This document shows positions 61,173 through 64,000 of a stretch of 64,000 nucleotides of DNA, one piece after another (the stretch's first letter is position 1; each line of letters begins with the position of its first letter). The translations under genes were made by a program, and so were the position numbers. The notes beneath the pieces are model-generated. The model ran no database searches. It was given only the letters and a program-made list of their open reading frames with translations, and had not been told where the DNA came from. Source of the DNA: Myxococcales bacterium (GTDB taxonomy: Bacteria > Myxococcota_A > Polyangia > Polyangiales > DASUME01); assembly GCA_047601445.1 (NCBI GenBank), contig JASGJH010000001.1:4512001-4576000 (forward strand). The letters run 5' to 3'.

Positions 61173-62045
61173 GTGTTTCCGGTGTCCGCACTCCTCACCA
61201 TCCCGTGGTTCAAACTCGAAGGCTGGACCATCCCCGGCACACACGTGGGCCTGCAGCCCTTCGGCATGTTGGTCGCCTTCGCTGTCTGGATCGGCACCGT
61301 GTCCGCCACCAAGCACGGCCTCAAGTACGGCATGCGCAAGGAAGTGGTGGAGGACTGCGCCACGCACGTGGTGATCATCGGCTTCATCCTCGGTCACATC
61401 TTCGACCTGGTGACCTACTACCCCGACGAGCTGCTCGAGAAGCCCTGGAAGATCTTCTTCGTCTGGGAGAATCTCTCGTCCTTCGGCGGCGTGTTCGGGT
61501 CCGTCATCGGCGGCTTCTACTGGCGCTACAAGCGCGGCGTGCCGCTCTTGCCGGTCTACGAGAACATCGCCTACGGCTTTCCGCTCGCGTGGATCTTCGG
61601 GCGACTCGGTTGCTTCGTGGTGCACGACCATCCGGGCAAGGAGACCGACTTCTTCCTCGGCGTGGAGAACTACCAGTACCCGGGATTGCCCGTGGCCACG
61701 CGCCACGACCTGGGTCTATACGAGGTGTTCTGGGCCATCGCGGTGACCCTGATCTTCTGGAGCCTCTCCTACAAGAAGCGTCCCTGGGGCTTCTATTCTG
61801 CGTTGTTCGCGCTGTTCTACGCGCCCTACCGGTTCTTCCTCGACTTCCTGCGCGTGGCCGACTCGACCTACAGCGGCCTCACCCCGGGCCACTACTCGTC
61901 GCTGGCTGCGGTGGGCATCGGCGTGTCCCTGCTGATTTACATGAAGCGCCACGGCGACGACCCGCTCGTGCCCGAGGTGCGCACGGACACCAACCTGCCC
62001 TGGCCGCCCGAGCGCAACAAGAAGCTCGCTGGCGCGCGCCCCTGA
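61173..62045 (+). CDS. lgt: Prolipoprotein diacylglyceryl transferase (Lgt) family protein
   Basis: LSSFGGVFG, FGRLGCFVVHDHPG, HDLGLYE, YAPYRFFLDFLR; multiple TMs. Confidence 0.8.
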   Translation: MFPVSALLTIPWFKLEGWTIPGTHVGLQPFGMLVAFAVWIGTVSATKHGLKYGMRKEVVEDCATHVVIIGFILGHIFDLVTYYPDELLEKPWKIFFVWENLSSFGGVFGSVIGGFYWRYKRGVPLLPVYENIAYGFPLAWIFGRLGCFVVHDHPGKETDFFLGVENYQYPGLPVATRHDLGLYEVFWAIAVTLIFWSLSYKKRPWGFYSALFALFYAPYRFFLDFLRVADSTYSGLTPGHYSSLAAVGIGVSLLIYMKRHGDDPLVPEVRTDTNLPWPPERNKKLAGARP

Positions 62046-62150
62046 GCCGCGCTCGTCTGAGGTTGTTTTCAAGGGCCAATCTGCCGCGTGCGATTGGCCC
62101 GAACTGCTTCATGGCTTGACGCGGGACCGTGGCGAGAGTTTGTTGTAGCC

Positions 62151-62423
62151 ATGTGCCGTAATATCAAGCCGCTGTTCAACTTTGCGCCACCCGCCACCGA
62201 CGCCGAGATTCACGCAGCTTCGCTTCAGTTCGTGCGCAAGTTGAGCGGCTTCACCAAGCCATCGACCGCCAACGAAGAAGTCTTCGAACAAGCCGTCACC
62301 GACATCGCGGCCATCGCGCGCGTGTTGATCGACTCGATGTCCACCCAGGCGCCGCCCAAGGATCGCGAGGTGGAAGCGGAGAAGGCCAAGGAGCGCTCAC
62401 GGCTCCGCTTCGGCACCCGCTGA
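62151..62423 (+). CDS. DUF2277 family protein
   Basis: MCRNIKPLFNFAPPATDAEIHAASLQFVRKLSG. Confidence 0.9.
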   Translation: MCRNIKPLFNFAPPATDAEIHAASLQFVRKLSGFTKPSTANEEVFEQAVTDIAAIARVLIDSMSTQAPPKDREVEAEKAKERSRLRFGTR

Positions 62424-62473
62424 TCGGCCCACACGGTCGCTGCGCTGCGCCGCTCGCGCGCTACCATCACGGC

Positions 62474-63475
62474 ATGGATAGCTGCTTTCTCGGACAGACC
62501 GGCGTGCGCGTCTCGAGGCTCGCCTTCGGCACCATGAGCTTCGGAGGCGACGCAGACGCCGAAGAGAGCGCCCGCCTCTACGCCACATGCCGCGACGCCG
62601 GCATCAACCTGTTCGACTGTGCCGACGTGTACAGCCAGGGTCGCGCAGAGGAGATTCTGGGCAAGCTGATGGCCCACGAGCGCGATCAAATCGTGCTCAC
62701 CAGCAAGTTCAGCTTTCCGGCTGGCCCGACCCCCAAGGATCCCAACGCCTGCGGCGCGAGCCGCTACCACCTGGTGCGCGCCTGCGAAGCCAGCCTGCGC
62801 CGGCTCGGCACCGACCGTATCGACGTGTACTTCGTGCACCGCTTCGATCCGCGCACCGAGCTCGAAGAGACGCTCCGAGGGCTCGAGATCCTGGTGCAGA
62901 GTGGCAAGATCCTCTACCCGGCCGTGAGCAACTTCGCCGCCTATCAGACCCAGCGCGCCCTCGACCTCGCGGAGCGCGCCGGTTGGGCGAAGCTGGTGGC
63001 GATCCAACCCATGTACAATCTGCTCAAGCGCCAGGCGGAGGTCGAACTGCTGCCCATGGCGCGCGACAACCGCATCGGCGTGCTGCCCTACAGCCCACTC
63101 GCCGCGGGTCTGTTGAGCGGCAAGTACTCACGCGAGCAGCCGCCCAGCGAGGGCCGCATGCTGAGCAGCAAGAACTATCAGGTGCGTTATGCCGCCACCG
63201 ACGCGCGCAGCGTCGCGAGCGGCTTCTTGCAGATCGCGGAGCGCTTCGGGGTCCCCGCGGCCGCGCTCGCCATCGCCTGGGTGGCGGCCCATCCGGCTGT
63301 TACGGCCCCCTTGCTGGGCGCGCGCAACGTGAGCCAGCTCAAGACCTGCCTGGAGGCCGCAACCATCCGCCTCGACCCTGGACAGTACGCCGAGATTGCG
63401 GCGCTCACGCCCGCGCCGGCGCCGGCCACCGATTGCAACGACGACGGCACCGAGCACGACCTCTGGAAGCGCTAG
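62474..63475 (+). CDS. Aldo/keto reductase
   Basis: LGQTGVRVSRLAFGTM, FDCADVYSQG, SLRRLGTDRIDVY, PYSPLAAGLLSGKY. Confidence 0.95.
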   Translation: MDSCFLGQTGVRVSRLAFGTMSFGGDADAEESARLYATCRDAGINLFDCADVYSQGRAEEILGKLMAHERDQIVLTSKFSFPAGPTPKDPNACGASRYHLVRACEASLRRLGTDRIDVYFVHRFDPRTELEETLRGLEILVQSGKILYPAVSNFAAYQTQRALDLAERAGWAKLVAIQPMYNLLKRQAEVELLPMARDNRIGVLPYSPLAAGLLSGKYSREQPPSEGRMLSSKNYQVRYAATDARSVASGFLQIAERFGVPAAALAIAWVAAHPAVTAPLLGARNVSQLKTCLEAATIRLDPGQYAEIAALTPAPAPATDCNDDGTEHDLWKR

Positions 63476-63645
63476 GGGGGTGTCCCTAATTCCGGTGCGC
63501 ATCAGGGCGCGGATTTCCGTCGCATCGCGAGCGCGCCCGCAGGCTCGACCTGAAGGTCGGGCCGAGCACGAAAGCCGCGATGCGGCGGAAAGGCGCGATG
63601 CTGGCGTGCGCCGGAATTAGGGACGCCCGGACGCCCCCTAGCGCT
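63468..63645. repeat. Long imperfect palindromic element (REP/MITE-like)
   Basis: AGCGCTAGGGGG / CCCCCTAGCGCT ends; inner GTCCCTAATTCCGG / CCGGAATTAGGGAC; central CGACC-TGAA-GGTCG. Confidence 0.75.
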
Positions 63646-63646
63646 C

Positions 63647-64000
63647 TTAGAACGCCGGGAGACCCGAGCAAGTGCTGAAGGCTGCGCCGCAGTTGTCGAT
63701 GCGGCATTGGTTGCAGGCCGTGCTCGAAACCGGCACCAGGCATGCGGCCAGGCAGTTCAGCAGCGTGCACTGATTGGCGCTCAGATAGCAGTCGACGCAG
63801 GCGTCGCTGGCGCCGTCGACCTTGGGGTCGCCCAGCACGCAGTCCTTCACCAGACCAAAGCCCGCGCTGTCGGAGAGGCTCTGTTCGTTGCAGCGGCCGA
63901 CTGACGCTTGGATGGCCCCGTCGCAGACGAGGTCGAGCTCCTGGAGCGAGGTGCATGCCCCTCCCGGAACGGCCGACATCACGAGCTGGTCGTACGTGAT
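63647..64000 (-). CDS. C-terminal part of a Cys-rich secreted protein (5' end outside the window)
   Basis: CVDCY...CTLLNCLAAC...ACNQCRIDNCGAAFSTCSG. Confidence 0.7.
   Translation of the reverse strand: MTYDQLVMSAVPGGACTSLQELDLVCDGAIQASVGRCNEQSLSDSAGFGLVKDCVLGDPKVDGASDACVDCYLSANQCTLLNCLAACLVPVSSTACNQCRIDNCGAAFSTCSGLPAF

Overview
High-GC bacterial DNA, most likely from a myxobacterium (Myxococcota, Polyangia-like). This is inferred from a MYXO-CTERM-like sorting tail, myxobacterial Cys-rich repeats, a fibro-slime protein and many lipoproteins with Gly-Asp tethers. No rRNA, tRNA or CRISPR array was seen. Main content: (i) many secreted or lipoprotein enzymes (carboxylesterase, PETase/cutinase-like hydrolase, GH5 glucanase, a giant Cys-rich diheme peroxidase-like protein, a ~9-heme cytochrome); (ii) a TetR / ABC-binding protein / allophanate hydrolase module; (iii) a cytochrome c - DUF1501-like (Tat) - CxxCH lipoprotein - FG-GAP operon; (iv) a complete chemosensory locus (MCP, CheW, CheA-REC, CheB, CheR-TPR, CheY-like, Hpt). 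Its receptor lies in an apparent operon with an outer-membrane barrel and a small binding protein, and a phospho-dead pseudo-REC/pseudo-Hpt protein is nearby; (v) a bacterial caleosin/peroxygenase homologue; (vi) a truncated IS256 bracketed by inverted 7-bp repeat arrays, and a ~178-bp palindromic element. Seven genes are split by single +1 insertions. Six are repaired exactly by reading GAATC/GATTC as GATC, which points to GATC methylation causing systematic long-read errors, or less likely to a motif-specific mutational process. All family assignments come from motif recognition by eye; no database search was run.
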